Virus record (IMG/VR): IMGVR_UViG_3300017912_003772
Span: 1-52,024 of that record
Source of the DNA: a virus
Lineage: Duplodnaviria; Caudoviricetes
Direction: 5' to 3' (one strand)
Length of the DNA stretch: 52,024 bases
Within the stretch, counting starts at the first letter, position 1. Every line of letters begins with the position of its first letter. Made by a program: the position numbers and the translations under genes. The notes under the pieces are model-generated. The model saw only the letters and a program-made list of their open reading frames with translations, made no database searches and had not been told where the DNA came from. Below are positions 16,517 to 31,500 of this stretch, one piece after another.

Positions 16517-19500
16517 ATGGCTGATAAGATTTATAAAAAGTTACCAGCGGTCTTACAGACTAATGCTATAAAAAACTTTTTTGAAACTACAGTAGAACAA
16601 CTTTACAGCAAAGCAAATGTTGAAGTTGTAAAAGGTTATATCGGAACAAGAACTTCCGATGATGCCTCTTTGTCTGGTGCTTTTATAAGTCAAATTAATC
16701 CTATTAGAGAAGAATACAGTTTATCACCTATTGTAAACAACCTAAATGCAAACACTGGTATTAGTGAAAATTTTATATTCTTTGACGAGTTTACGCAAAC
16801 TTTAGAAAATTATGGTTTGAATCTTGATAATCAAAATAAGATTTTTAGTGCTGACTTCCAAACATTTAATCCTCCCATAGACTTAGATAAGTTAATAAAT
16901 TATCAAGAGTACTATTGGGACGAAGATGGACCAAAAGCCATCGAAGTTAGCGGCTCCTTAGAAAACCCAATAAATGTAACAACAGATGTTATAGGTAAAG
17001 AAAACTTTACACCTAACAGCGGAAAGAAAATACCATTTAAAAATGGTATGATTGTAAAATTCATTGGCGATTACGTTATACCAGCAAGTTATGTAGGTGA
17101 AGAATTTATTGTTGAGGGTGTAGGTAACAGCATACATCTTGTAGCAAGAGGCGATAATTATAATACCAGATTTGCAAGTGCAATTACAGGGCAATGGGAC
17201 GCCACAGCATTCACAGTTTCAAATGTAAATGTTGTATATAGTGCGGCAAACGTTTCCTCGGTTTCAATTGTGACTCCTGGAATTGGTTATGTAAACCCAA
17301 GTATCACATTGCCTAATGTTACAGGACATTATGCCAACATTGCTACAGCAAACATATCAGCAAACGTAATTGGTGCTATCACAAATGTAGCAATTACTAA
17401 CGCCAATGTTTCACACTTGTACACTGGCGAAGTTGGTTTAAGTATTACTGACACTGGTGCAGATGCAAATGTAGTAGAGTCAATCACATTTAGTGGATCA
17501 ACTGTAGACACAAGGGTAGTTGCATTAGACAGTATTACTAATTTTAAAGCAGGACAGCAAGTTTCGATAGGTAATGCAACTGCAATTATTAAAACAGTTA
17601 ATCAAGATGGTATTAGCACTATAGATTTCAGTGGGGAAGCCAATGTAAGAACTCCTGGTTCCTACTCAAACGTATCCTCAAGCAGTACACCAGGTACTGG
17701 TGCTACGTTTGATGTTGTAATCGATTCTGGTGTTGCTACTGTGAACAATATTGGTCCAGCAGACACAAACAGAGTTGCTGGTACATATAGTAATGTTTCA
17801 CCAGAGCATGTAAGAAATTATTTAAGCAATGCAGAAATAGAAGCAAGTGTAGGTGGTACAGTTGTAGGTGTTTACTCAAATGCAACAACATCTTACGCAT
17901 TAAATGATATTGTAGTGTATAATGATTACTATTATAGAATGCTACGATTAGATTATACAAATTTAAATACTGATTGGCCGCAGGCACCAATTGGTACATC
18001 GAAATCTACAACATACTGGCAAATAGTTCCATCGTTTGATATTAGTGAAGGCGAAGGCGCAACATTTGATATTGTTATTAATGGCTCAGGTGCCGCAACA
18101 AGTGTAACTTCAAACGTAAAAGGTGATGGGTATGCTGTAGGAGAAACAGTAACAGTTGATATAGCAAACTTAGGTGGTGCTAACAGTAACATATCAGGCG
18201 ATTTAGCATTTGATGTAGCAACAGTAACAGGCAATGTCACAAGTGTTACAATCAATGAAGCAGGTAGCGGATATGGAACTGGTAATGTAATTACAATCGC
18301 TGACACAGAGTTAGGCGGTGTACTATCAAATGCCTTACGATTTACTGCTAATGTTATTTCAGATTCAATTACTTTAACAGATATTACGTCTTTATCTAAT
18401 GCAAATCTTAGTGTCCATGCTGAAGGTACAGGATTCAGTGGAGCAGTTAGAACTGACGGTTATTCTTTTAGCACAGATGCAAATGGTAATGTTACTGTAA
18501 CACTTTTAGACAGTCAGCAAATAAGCGGCATCAACCCAAATGATCCAAATGATTTCTATCTTAAAGACGGCGCATTCAGTTTTGACAAAGATACAGACGG
18601 TGACGGCGAAGGAGATCAAAAATGGGGAGGTAGTTTAGGGCAACTTGCACAAGACTATGTTACCCTTGGAAGAGGTTCTAAAAACAAAAATGTTTGGAGT
18701 AGAGTAAACTTTTGGTATCACAAAGAAAACTATTTAGATTCAGATACAGATTTACCATCAACTTCAAAAAGAGCAAAACGTCCAATTTTAGAATACGAAA
18801 AAGACATGGAACTGTACAACCATGGTTCTAATAGTAGAGGTACTGTACTTGTTAGTGCAGGAGATTATTTGTTTGATGACATCAACGGAATGAGTAGTAA
18901 CGTGTTTGTTGATGGTGTTGCTTTAGGAAGTGGCACAACAATAATTTTCCCAAGTGAAACAATAGAAAAATCACAGTATGTTTATCAAATTACTGCTAAT
19001 GCAACCAGTCAAAAATATGAAGTCAGCATCTTACCAGACCCAGTTGACTCTACTGCTGATTTTACTTTAGCAGACGGTGATGTTGTTTCTGTTAAATTAG
19101 GACAAGAAGGCATTGGTAAAGAATACTACTACTCGTCTACTGAGGGGTTGGTACTTGCCCAAGAAAAAATTAATTTACACCAAGCACCTTACTTTAACCT
19201 TTACGACGAAAACAAAAAATATTTAGGCGACGAATCAACATATTTTAGAAGCAACTTTACAGGTAATAAAGTATTTGGTTTTACTCCAGGCACAGGTGCA
19301 GTAGATAGTGAATATAATTTTGCATTGTCTTACAAACAATTTAAAACAAGCAGTGAAATATCTTACTCTAATTTTATCAATGAAGAAGTATCTTATAGGC
19401 CACAAGGACAAACAGAAAGTCAACTTATTCCTGGCGAATATTATTATAAATTAGATAAGACACTTCCAGAATATTGTAGATTATTTAAAAATGCAAACAA

Positions 19501-22500
19501 AAAATCTGAGCAAAGAATAATTGCAAGATATAATTATTCCAGAGAAGATATTGACGCATTTAAAGATACATTTGATATTGGCTGTGTACCAAATGCAACA
19601 TCGTTTAATAGTAGTGGATACGATATTACTGTTACTGTTAATGGTATAGTAAATACAAAATGGACTTACAATAATCAACAGATAATTTTTAATAACGAAC
19701 AAGTATTAAATTTTAATAACAATGATCTTATAGACATTGTGAGTTACAGTAAAACTGGACGTACCAGATCAACACAAAATATTAGTAACTATGAATTACC
19801 TATTGTGTGGCACAAAAATAATGATAACAAAGACGTTGTTACCATTGCTGAACCAGAATTTATGCCTCACTTTAAAGTGTTTATGGAAGAGCAAGATGGC
19901 TTCACTGGCAACGCATTAGAATTTAATAATTTCAGAAATACTAAGAAAGAAAACTTCTACGGTAACAAAATTATTCAATCAAGTGATAACTTGATGTTGG
20001 CGGCATTCTTAGTTGATGACCAGCCTCACAATATAATAGATTCCTTAAACTATGTAGGCAAAGAGTACACCAGATATAAAAGAAGAGTAGTAAGTGAAAT
20101 TTCTAACCAATTTAATGTTTTAGATTTTGAAAAAGATACAAACGAAAATATTTTAGAAATTGTTTTAAAGAAAGTAATCTCATTTAGTGTAGGTAAGAAT
20201 GTTTTCAATAAAACATACATGATACCATTTGGTGATAATTACCAAAAAGATGATGTTATTGTAGCAGATACGTCTACAAAAATTTATACATCATCTATAT
20301 CATTAGATGTTGACGAAATACAAAATTCGCTATTGTTATATAATGTAAATGGTGCAACAACAACCTTGTTAGTAGCCGATACAGATTATACTGTAACTGC
20401 TACTTCGCCGATACAAGTAACATTAACAGATTCATACACTCCACCAATTGGTTCTCAAATGGTATTTAAAGTGTACGATCAAGACAGGGATAGTGCTCAG
20501 TGTCCTCCTACACCAAGTGCTACTGGTTTGTATCCAGTATTTAAACCGCAAATCATAAACGACAACAGTTTTGTTACGGCCAGAAAAGTTTTAATAGGAC
20601 ATGACGGTTCTAAGTATAAAGTATTTGGCGATAGAAGAGATGACATACTTTTAGAATTTGAAAACAGAATTTACAACAATATCAAAAAAAGTTTTAGAGA
20701 AACAATTGACTATCCAGAACTAAATGTGTATAATGTAAGACCTGGTAAATTTAGACCAGATAATACACAACAAGTTCAAGACTGGCATGATTTATTAAAC
20801 CAAGATTTTGAAGATTGGGTATTTGAAAACAAAGCAGATCCTATTGTAAATGAGTTTTATGACGAATCAGATGATTTTACCTGGAACTATAGAAACTCCA
20901 GCGAAACACCTGGACACTGGAGAGGTTGGTATGAATATCATTACGACACAATAAGACCACATACTCATCCATGGGAAATGTTAGGCTTCTTGTCTAAGCC
21001 AACTTGGTGGGACACTCAATATATTAATACCACATACACTGATTACAGTAGTAGCAATATCCCAATGTGGGAAGATTTAGAAAAAGGAATTATTAGACAA
21101 GGTTCAAGAGCAAACATAAATGATTACAAAGTTAATAATCCTTTTAGAAGAATTGGATTAGACATACCTGTAGATGCAAATGCAACATTGCTTTCGCCTA
21201 AGCAAATTACAAGCACTGACAATACAACAAAAACTGTAACGTATGCTAACACACGCGAAAACACTACACAAGGATATGTGACTACAAGTTTCCAATTACA
21301 AAATGGTGTTAACGTAAAGTATGATACTAACAACGTTTATGTAATCAGTAATAACATTCCTAATTACAGTGAAAGCAAAATAGATGTAAGCGAATACGAT
21401 AATTTAATCAGAGAGCAAGAACTAACTTATTCAATTACCAGACCTAACTTAACATCGGTATCAGAGTCCGGAGGCACATCATTGCCTGCAGGTGCAGTAG
21501 GTGTTTTAACAAACGGACTGCCATTAAATAATCACAAAGGTGATAGTTACAATAACGAAAACACATGGCATTACGATATAGGCTATCAAAAAGCAGGTAG
21601 TAGAGGCAACGGTATTATTGCAGAAACAACTACAGATGGTATTATCACAACCACAGTTCCACATAGTGATTTTGCAAATACATCATCATGGGGAGATTCG
21701 TCGACACACTCTGGTATAATTGGTTGGGCATTTGATGGATTACCGATATATGGTCCATATGGATACACATTATATTATGCAAACGGACAAGTACAAAATA
21801 ACACAATTACAAATATAAAAAGTAGTTTTGAAATTAAACCTGGAGCAAGAGGTTCAGGGCCTGGAGGGAATCACACAGGGGTATTTGTAGAAGATTATCA
21901 GTACAATCCAGCCAAAGCGGCCGATAACGGTTATGCAGGAAAGTATAATCATAGATATGGTGTTACTCCTGAATCGCCTACTAATCCAATAAGATTTTAT
22001 GTTACAACAATAGACAGTCGAGGTAAGCCAATGTTCCCTTACGCAGTAGGCGGAGGAACAACATCCTTTGGCGGATCAAATGTATCGTACAAAAACAGTT
22101 ACTTTGCTGTAACAAATGATTTAACTAACAACTCAAATCACGAAAGTAATGTTAGCAGTACAGCCACATTAGCAAACAAATCTGTGTCTGTTACAACATT
22201 TAGTAAAACTACAAACGTCAGCGACGAATGGCAGTTTGGTGATAACGCACCAGTTGAAAATGCATGGCGTTCGTCAGAACAATATCCATTTGCTATTACA
22301 GAAGCATTGTTTTTAAGTAACCCAGGTAAGTTTGCTACAGTATTTGCAAACCCTGATAATATTACAAAGCCAGTTGCAAATGCATACAAATATAACAGTA
22401 AGTTAACTAAAAAAGCATGGAACTACAAAGATAGAACAGATTTCCCAATTCACGGAAGTAAAAATGCAAATGGCGATATTGCAACAACTGGTTACACAAC

Positions 22501-25500
22501 ATTTATAAACAGTTTCTTAAAACATCAAAACTTAGATATTAATACTACCTTTGTTGTTAACCTCGATAATCTTAATATGAAATTAGGACACAGGTTTGCT
22601 GGTTTTATAGACAAAGACACTATGACTGTAAGTTTAGATCAGTTCTCTACTACAGGCCAGAGCAAAAATTTAATATTGCCAAGCAACGACATTGATGTTA
22701 TTGTACATAACTCACCACACAAATCAAGAAACAGTTACAGTGGTGTAATTATAGAAAAGTCATCAACAGGTTACATTGTAAAAGGATATGACAAAGATTT
22801 AGGCTACTTTAACATTCTCGAAAGCGACACAACTAAAGGTCGAGAACGTGTTCAAGTAGGCGGCGAAAAAGTAGAGTACATTGATTGGGCAATTGATAGA
22901 ACATATGAAAAAGGCACAATAGTAAAATACAAAGATCTGTTCTATACTGCTAAAGAATTTGTACCAAGCAGTAATTCCTTTAATTTTGGTTTTTGGACAA
23001 AACTCAGAGGACTGCCTACAATAAAATCTGCACAAGGAACATTTTATCAAGAAACTACAGGAGTTATAAAAAGAGTTTATTACAATCATGAATACACTGA
23101 TATAGAAGATGTATTTGACTTTTTAATTAGTTTAGGCAGGTATCAAACTTTACAAGGATATAATTTTAATGTTGCAGAAGTAGGTTTATCACGTGCTTCT
23201 GATTGGAGATTTGCCGGTGAGTCTTTCTTATTTTGGACAACAGGTAAATGGGAAGTAGGAAACACTATTGAACTATCACCTATGGCAAGCAAAGTTAGAT
23301 TTATTCCGCCTATAGGATACACAGCAGAAATTAAGAAAATAACAAACAGTCAATTTAACATTGTTGATCGAGAAGGTAAATCTATAAATCCTAAAGATTG
23401 CGACATACTCAGAGAAAATAATCAATTAGAAATAATACCTCCTACAGGAGTAGATGTTTATGGCATTACATTGTTTACCAGAGAAACTGAACATGCAATG
23501 GCAATTGAAAACATTACAGAATTCAATGATACCATTTTTGATCCTTTCTTAGATCAGAAACACGAAAGATTAAAAATTAAAGGAAGTAGGACTGCAAATT
23601 GGGATGGTAGATTCCTAAGTGAAGGTTTCATTATCAACAATGACGAACTGATACCTAACTTAGATAACTTAGTTGAAACATCTGGAAGATATTATGAATT
23701 AGGATTTGTGCCAGTTGATAAACAAATCTATGAAAAATCAAGACAACAATTTGGATACAATGAGAGAGATTTCTTAAACGAATTAGATATTAACGATGAC
23801 CAGCAGTTTGATTTCTATAAAGGAATGATACAAAGCAAAGGTACTGCTGAAAGTCTTAGTAGAATAGGAAGAAGTAATTCTATTGTGCAAGGTTCAATGG
23901 AGGTCTACGATGAGTGGGCGTTTAAGGCAGGCGAGTTTGGTGATACACAAAATGATCAAGCAATAGAATTAAAAATTGAAAAACAAGATATTGTACAAGA
24001 TCCACAACTTATTACTCTTGCTTTCCCTGAAGATACAACAGGTACAATAGATACTATTTCAGTATTAGAAAAAAGACACAAATACTTTAATGTGCCTGAA
24101 ATTGAAATAACAGAACCAAGTTTAGTAACAGGTGTCCAAGCAAAAGCAATAGCGGCTTTAGACACCAATGGATTGTTAGATACTATTACTGTCACTGAAG
24201 AAGGCAGTGGGTATGATGACGTTTCTGTTACTGTGGTCTTAAGTAATGTGTTTGTGTCAAATGAAAGCACTACATTAACAAGCACTGACGCAAAGTCGTC
24301 TTTGCCAATTACTGATGAGCAGTTTTTTGCAGGTAACAATGCAATTAATTCAAGTTATGTGGGCAATGCAAATATTACCAACTTAGGTAATATTACTATT
24401 ACAAACGAATTAAACAGCAATACTGCCACAATAAATTTAGGCAGTATTACCGATGTTGCAAACATTGTAACATTAATTAATTTAGATGCAAACATTAATG
24501 CTAATATCACAGCATCGTTGATACTCAATGATACAGCAGATCCTGGTAACAGCGGTAATGGACAACCTGCAACTTACAAAGTAAACAAAGGCGTAAAAAT
24601 TGTAGGTTCGGACTTTACCATAGTTGATGACAACGGTAATGCTACCTTATCAAATTTGCAATTTATAGATCATACCCATACTGCAAATTTGTCTATACAA
24701 AAAGGCGAAACAATCTACGACACCAGTACTAATGTAGTTTTCATTGCTAATAAAAACTTTACTGCTACAAATGTAAGCGATGATCAATCCTCTGGAAATA
24801 TGTCATTAACAAGCAATGCATTTAATTATCAACCACGACAACGATATGCTTTTGAAGTTGCTGGCAATACACCTGCAGGAACAGGCATAACCGAACTTGC
24901 AAATATTACTGTGTCAGTAGACGGCACACCTATAGCAAATTCTAATTATGTATTTGATGTTGGTGATAGATGGCAGATTAATAATCCAACATTTATATCA
25001 GGTAATACAACGTATGTGATTAATCTTAATACAGGTATTTTATCAAATAGCACTACTGCTAATAGTTTAAACACTACAACTATAAATGGTGTAAATGAAT
25101 TTATAGATGTGTTTATAGACGGCGAGCAAGTTGTTAACCATGAAGATTATTATACTGCTAATACTACTGCAATTACATTTACTGATGTTGGAAAACTACC
25201 AGAAGGTAGAATACAACCTGGTGCAAACATATACGTTGTTGAAAAAGCAACTATTGATTTTATAGACTCATACAAAGGTGATTTACCAGGGTCCAATGTA
25301 AACATCAAAGTAAGAACAAACGACTCTATTGGTATTGTAAAAGGTGAAAAACGTATTTACGAAATTACAGCAGATGCTAAAGATGACGAAGTAATATTAA
25401 TTGACATTGACGATACATCAAGATTTTTGAAGAAACCAGAGGGTGTCAGAGAAAGTAACCTATGGCCAACAACAAGCAATGTAAGTTTTAAAGGTGTTAC

Positions 25501-28500
25501 AGATAAAAAATATAATCCTATACCAAATGCAGGATATGTAAACAAAGCAAATGTTGATTATCAAGCATTTAGTGTTGCAGATATCTCAGAATTATTTGGC
25601 GATAATATACAGTTCAAACCGATTGCAAATGATCACGTACAAGTTGCTAAGAGCGAAAACAGAGATTGGAATGTTTATAAATTAGAACCAGCAAGTACTA
25701 ACATAGCATTTGTAGAGCAAGGTGGTGGCGAAGCAACAAGTTATCTATACACAGATTACAGTTTGTTTAATTATGTAGATAGCAACCAATTACAAGAAAC
25801 AGATTTAAGTAGATATTTAGATTATCGATTAGCAATCAAAAACACTGATATTTCAGACGATTTTGTTATTTGGACTAACGAGCAAATTGTTAACAAAAAA
25901 GCAATAAGAATTGCAGATTGGGGCGGTGTAAACATGATAGAAGCAAATGTTACTTCTATCGGCCCACAAGCAAATTCAGTATTTGCAATATCAAATGTAC
26001 AACCATACATTGCTCATTTTAGAGGCGCAGAGATAACACAAGCAGATGCAAATTCTATAGTGTTTGTTTCTGCTCCATCAGGTACCGAAGGAATGTTAGA
26101 AGGTGACACAGTCACCATGTACGACAGCACAATAACTGAATACGATTTCAATGTTGTTTCTACAGCATATACTACAGACGATACTGTGGTTACTACAATG
26201 AATAATAGTTCCGAGTCGTCCAGAACATTAACATTTAGTGCCAATGATGATTTAGAATATTATCAAGTCAAGTACACTGGTAACTCTGCTGTGATAGATT
26301 TACAACAAATAGAAAGTAATATAATGGTTGCTAATGCAAATGCAAGTGCTATTATTAATAGTGCAAATCTTGTGTTACCAGCAAATGTTTTACCAGCAAG
26401 TAATACCAGTGTAACATTTACAAGAATTAAAACAGGTGAACTTAATTTTAGTGTAGCAAATATTAATTTACATGGTGCTAATTTAGTTGCAGTCGATAAA
26501 ACTATAAGACTGAATACCGTTGCTAACTCAGAATTTTCTAATGCATCATTTTTAATTTCTTCCGTTGATGCCGCTAACAATTCATTTACTGTAAACTCAG
26601 AATCATTCTTTATTGATGAAGGAGAAATGATTGATACTTCTAACACCAGTATTTGGAATGTGTCTGGCTTTACACTTGTTGACAACGCCAATTTGCATGG
26701 GCAAACTCATACAGTGAGTAATGTTACAGACATATCATTCACAATTGAGCAGGCAAATGTTACATCAAATATTACACTTGCAAACGCCAGTTTTGGTTGG
26801 CACGGTAGAACAGAAATTACTACAACTGGTGACCATGGTGTTGGCACAGGTGGAATGGTTAAAATTATTGCAAACGAATTTCTTTCAGGTTATTATTATG
26901 TGAGATCTGCGTCAAGCAACACAATAGTTATTAACAAGCCTTATGTGTCTGGATACGATGTTACAGGTAATGTAATTACTAAAGGTATAGAAATCACAGC
27001 ACCAGGACATGGAATAAATGCCGCTTACGCAGGTAAACGTGTTGCTGTGCATTTAATGGAACCGAGAACATATAACCAAGTGTATAAAGTGTCTGGTGTA
27101 GATGCAAATACTATTTTTATTGATAATGCTTTTGCATACACTTACGAAGCAAATACAACTGCTGATGCAGTAGTAACAAGTATTGATCATAACAAAGTTA
27201 CATTGAATGGTGCTACTGTGGCACTTGATAACATGAATTCAGAAGAAGCAGTGGTAGAAAGTTTCAATAGGCAGATGGATTTGAGAAGAGGATTTATCAC
27301 AAGCGATCAAATGTCTATTAGATTCCCAATGTTGAAGAAACTGAATCCTGCAATGCAACAACGCGGAGTGAATAAATCACCTTATGTTACAGGTGTTAAT
27401 TTACCAGAAAACTTAAAACAAAATGCAATTATCACTGGTGGTATGAAAATACCATTAACAAAGATTCGCAAAAAAGGATTTAAGAAAGATGCCATTGTAA
27501 ACAACCTTGCTACTAACTTTAGTACAGGAGTTAGTGGAATACCAGGAGGTTCTGCATTACCAACTGCAACAGCGGCGCAACAACCTACTTCCATTACAAC
27601 AAATAGTGGCGGAACTCAAACTTCGCAGTTCTCATACACTGATCCTAAAACTGGAAAAACCACAACATACAATATAGATTACAGCCAAAGTACATCTATA
27701 GCAGACATGATGTCGACCTTTAACATTGGAAACGGTTTTGGCGCAACTAACTTCTTAGGACTCAACCTACATAACGTTCAAATTCCGTTAATTACTCCTG
27801 TAACTACATCAACTAACAATAATGGTAATGGTGGTAACAGTAATGGCACAGGAACCGGAAACGGCGGTGGCGGTGGCGGTTCAGGCGGTTCAGGCGGCTC
27901 TGGTGGCGGAGGAGGTAACTCCGGTGGCGGAGGAGGTAGTACAGCCACAGGCGGTGACGGTGGTGGTACATCTACAAGCGGTGGTTCAGGCAGTGGCACA
28001 AGTAGTTCAGGCAGTGGTGCACCAGTAATTGATCCAACAATTGGCATGAGTTTTGTTACAAGAGATAATTGTACTGCTAAAGCATGTGTGCCTGTACCAG
28101 ATGTAGGAGGTGGTAATGCACCTGGACCTGGCGGTTATGTAAATCAACCACCAGATAAACCAGAAGCATGGGGTGGTTCAGCAACAGTAAACAGTATTAA
28201 TGGTACTGGTAAAGGAAACAGAAAATGGACCAGTAAATATTCTGGTTATTATACTATAACTGGAGAAAATCCTTCGTCATTTAGCCAAACTGGAGGAACA
28301 GATGGTTCAGCAGGAATTAATCGAAGAGGTTTCTTAGGAGCCAGAACATGGAGTGACAATGGTACTACAAATTATATTAACCAGACTATAACAATTAATA
28401 AAACTGGTGTTTTCTATGTACATGCACTTGAATACGGACACGGTAATAATGGCAGTAGCGGCTTCGAGCAAACTTATGTAAGGGTGAGTTCCTCCGATAA

Positions 28501-31500
28501 TAAATCTATAATTTATGATAACCTATCTGGGGCAGGCACAACTGCAACAACACAAGGAACTAAGTTAGGCCATAATGTTAATACCACCAGTATAATTAAG
28601 GATCATCGTAGAATCAAAGTGGAAGTAACCGAAGCAGGTGCACAAATTACATTATATGCACAGACCAAGGGCGGCGGTAACTACTGGAACTCAATAGAAT
28701 ATCATTTGTCAGCACAAGATGGAAAAATATCACCCTTTGGCCCAACGCCGTTACAATCATCAGGAGGCACTGGTAACCCACCTATAGATCAAAATGTAAC
28801 AAGAACATATATACGAGAGTCTACCACAGCCGGCAAAACAGGACATAATGGCGACACTGATAGTTGGCATTTTGAAGTCAAAGCCGCTGGCACAATGAAA
28901 ATTGTGTTTGATATGTACAGTGGCACAGACGGAATGTACATCAGTGGACATGATAGTCCGAATACTAATTACCCACATGCAGGTACACCAATGGGTTGGA
29001 CTGGACAGGGCATAGGTTCAATTAGACCTCAATTGGCATCCGCGGCAGACAAAACAGATTTAGTATCGGGTACAGTAAGAGTTACAAACAGATCAGCCGG
29101 AGGTACACCACCATTTAATAATGTGCCTCCAAACATACCTGGCCGCGGACCTTGGTCCAACTATGCAGGTGGTCCAGGAAATTGGGGTAACTATCCAACA
29201 TCGGCATCTGTTAAAGACTTTGAATATGATACTAATGCAGTTACAATATTTGGCAAAAGATGTGGAATCAAACATTGTGGAGTGCTGTACGTTGACGTAG
29301 ATCCAGCGGTTAACAAATATATCAGAATAGATGTTAAAAAACCAAGTAGTGTTTACAGAATGTTTGTTGACATGCCTAAATTTATACCAGCAGAAGATCC
29401 GCCAGCAAATCCAGAACCAAATCAAGATTGTACAGTACCGCCTCATAACCCAGGCGGTGGCACACAGGAAGGTAGCGATAGCACTAACAACAGCAGTGGC
29501 AGTGGCGCAAATAATGGTGGCAACAACAGTGGCTCTAACAATGGTGGAGGTTCAAGCGGCACGGGAGGCACTAATTCAGGAGGCGGTAACAATAATCCAC
29601 CACCTATTACAGGAACAATATTGGCTATTAATGTTATTACACCAGGCCGAGCAATTTTAAGTGGAGTAAATCCAGCCAGTGTCTCTTATTCAGGCACCAC
29701 CGGTTCTGGTGCTGACTTTGACATAGTAACAACAAATGGTCAAATAACCAATAGCGGAATAACTATAGTAGATGGTGGCCAAGATTACAGAGTAGGCGAT
29801 CGATTTAGTGTTACTTCTGTTAGTTTCCTCGGGCAAATACCAGGAGTATTTGAAGTTACTCGAGTAACAACTTCTGTAAACAGTCAAACAAGTAATTTAC
29901 CGACTACGCCAATGGTACCACCAGCGGGTACTCCAACCACCACAGGCGGTGGCGGCAGTGGTGGTGTAGGTGTAGGCAATCACTTTAATAACTTATTGGG
30001 TACCGTAGGAGGCTTTGGCAGAGCCATTGGTGGACCTCACAGACATTTCCCACAACTACCTATGCCACATGTTCCAAATTTACCAGGACCAAATGATCTA
30101 ATAGCCTTGCCAAAAGGCTTAAACAAACAGTTTAGATCGATAGGAAACTATTCTGCATTTGGACAACCAGATATGACTGGCCATATCATGATTCCACAAA
30201 GATTTAAGCAGGGTGCAAAAGGACAAGATTATATTTTACCAGATGGTAGTGTAGGCAAGAAAACTATAAAAAATGTTTACAACAACAAATTTGGCAAGTA
30301 CAAAGAATTATCAAGTGGCAGATATGTAAACACCACAGTACAAAAAATTACTGGTGGTAAAGTTGTGCCTTTAGCACAACCATTACAGTCCAGAATACCT
30401 GTTACACCAAATCCGCTAAATGGACCTACAGTTGATTATCAAATGTACAGCAATTTCTTTGGCTCTGGTCCAAGAGGATTAATCAGAGCAGGTACTGTAC
30501 TTGTAGATCCAAGAAGTATTTCAATTGGTATAGATGTAAATGGCAGAGTAATTAAAAACATTATAAACGATGGTTATGATTTGTCAACCACAACAAATAA
30601 CATAGATGTTGAGTATGGCTTACCGCCAGAAGGGCAAGTGATATTTGATGTAGTAGACAGAGAACCTGTAACACTTGATCCACCAGAAGAAGTAGACGGT
30701 GTTTTAGATCCAGAAGTTGCGTACAACTTTGAGCCGGGTGTTATTATACAACCAATAAAAGGAAAAATTCCACAGCAACCTGCTGTATGTATGATTACAA
30801 GGCCTACTCCAGCAACTACAATTAAAATAGAAGATTTAATTGGAGTCAAAGAGGGAGACGGTATTGTAATTAATGGACAAACAATTACATTTAACGGTAC
30901 AAGTCCACAGCAAATAGAAGCGGCTATAAAAAATTGTGCTACTGGTAATAATTACGAAGTTTCAGACACTTGGCTTGAAGGCGAAAAAGCAATTAGAATC
31001 AGTAGTTGTACAAATGCACCTCTAACTATCAGAGAAGGATGTCGTGGAGGCACATACAAAGAAGTACTTGACTTCCATATAGTAAGAGGATTTACTCAAG
31101 TAGAAACCAGTAATACTGCTGTATTGCCAGCAACAACAGGTTATGGCGGTTACGCGGCCTATGACGGTGACTCAAGTTCAAGCACAATAGTATCGCCTGT
31201 GACACCTACTGCATCATATACTTTATACAATGCAGAAGGCACAGCAACAGGCACATTTAGTGGTTCTGGAGGTAATCCAAGCACTACAAACGGAGCAATA
31301 CTTTCCAGTAAATCAACAGAAACTGGTGGTAGTGGGTATAAAGTAGGTGACAGATTAAGACTGGTAGGCGGAACACCAGTAGCAGATCCATATGGCGGCA
31401 TATCTGAAATTTGTATTACAAATCCAGGAGCAGGTTATGTTAACGGCTTCTTTGATGTAGACGAAAACGGTCAAAGAAAACCGTTTATTGAAGTTGTTAT

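Noticed and set aside
22690-22715. VIVHN-S resembling an intein C-terminal splice junction in the giant protein
   Set aside because: No intein block A, B or F motifs or LAGLIDADG domain are visible upstream.
27815-28020. CRISPR array or DNA-level repeat element
   Set aside because: The repeats are degenerate Gly/Ser codons in frame within the giant ORF, with no constant repeat-spacer structure.
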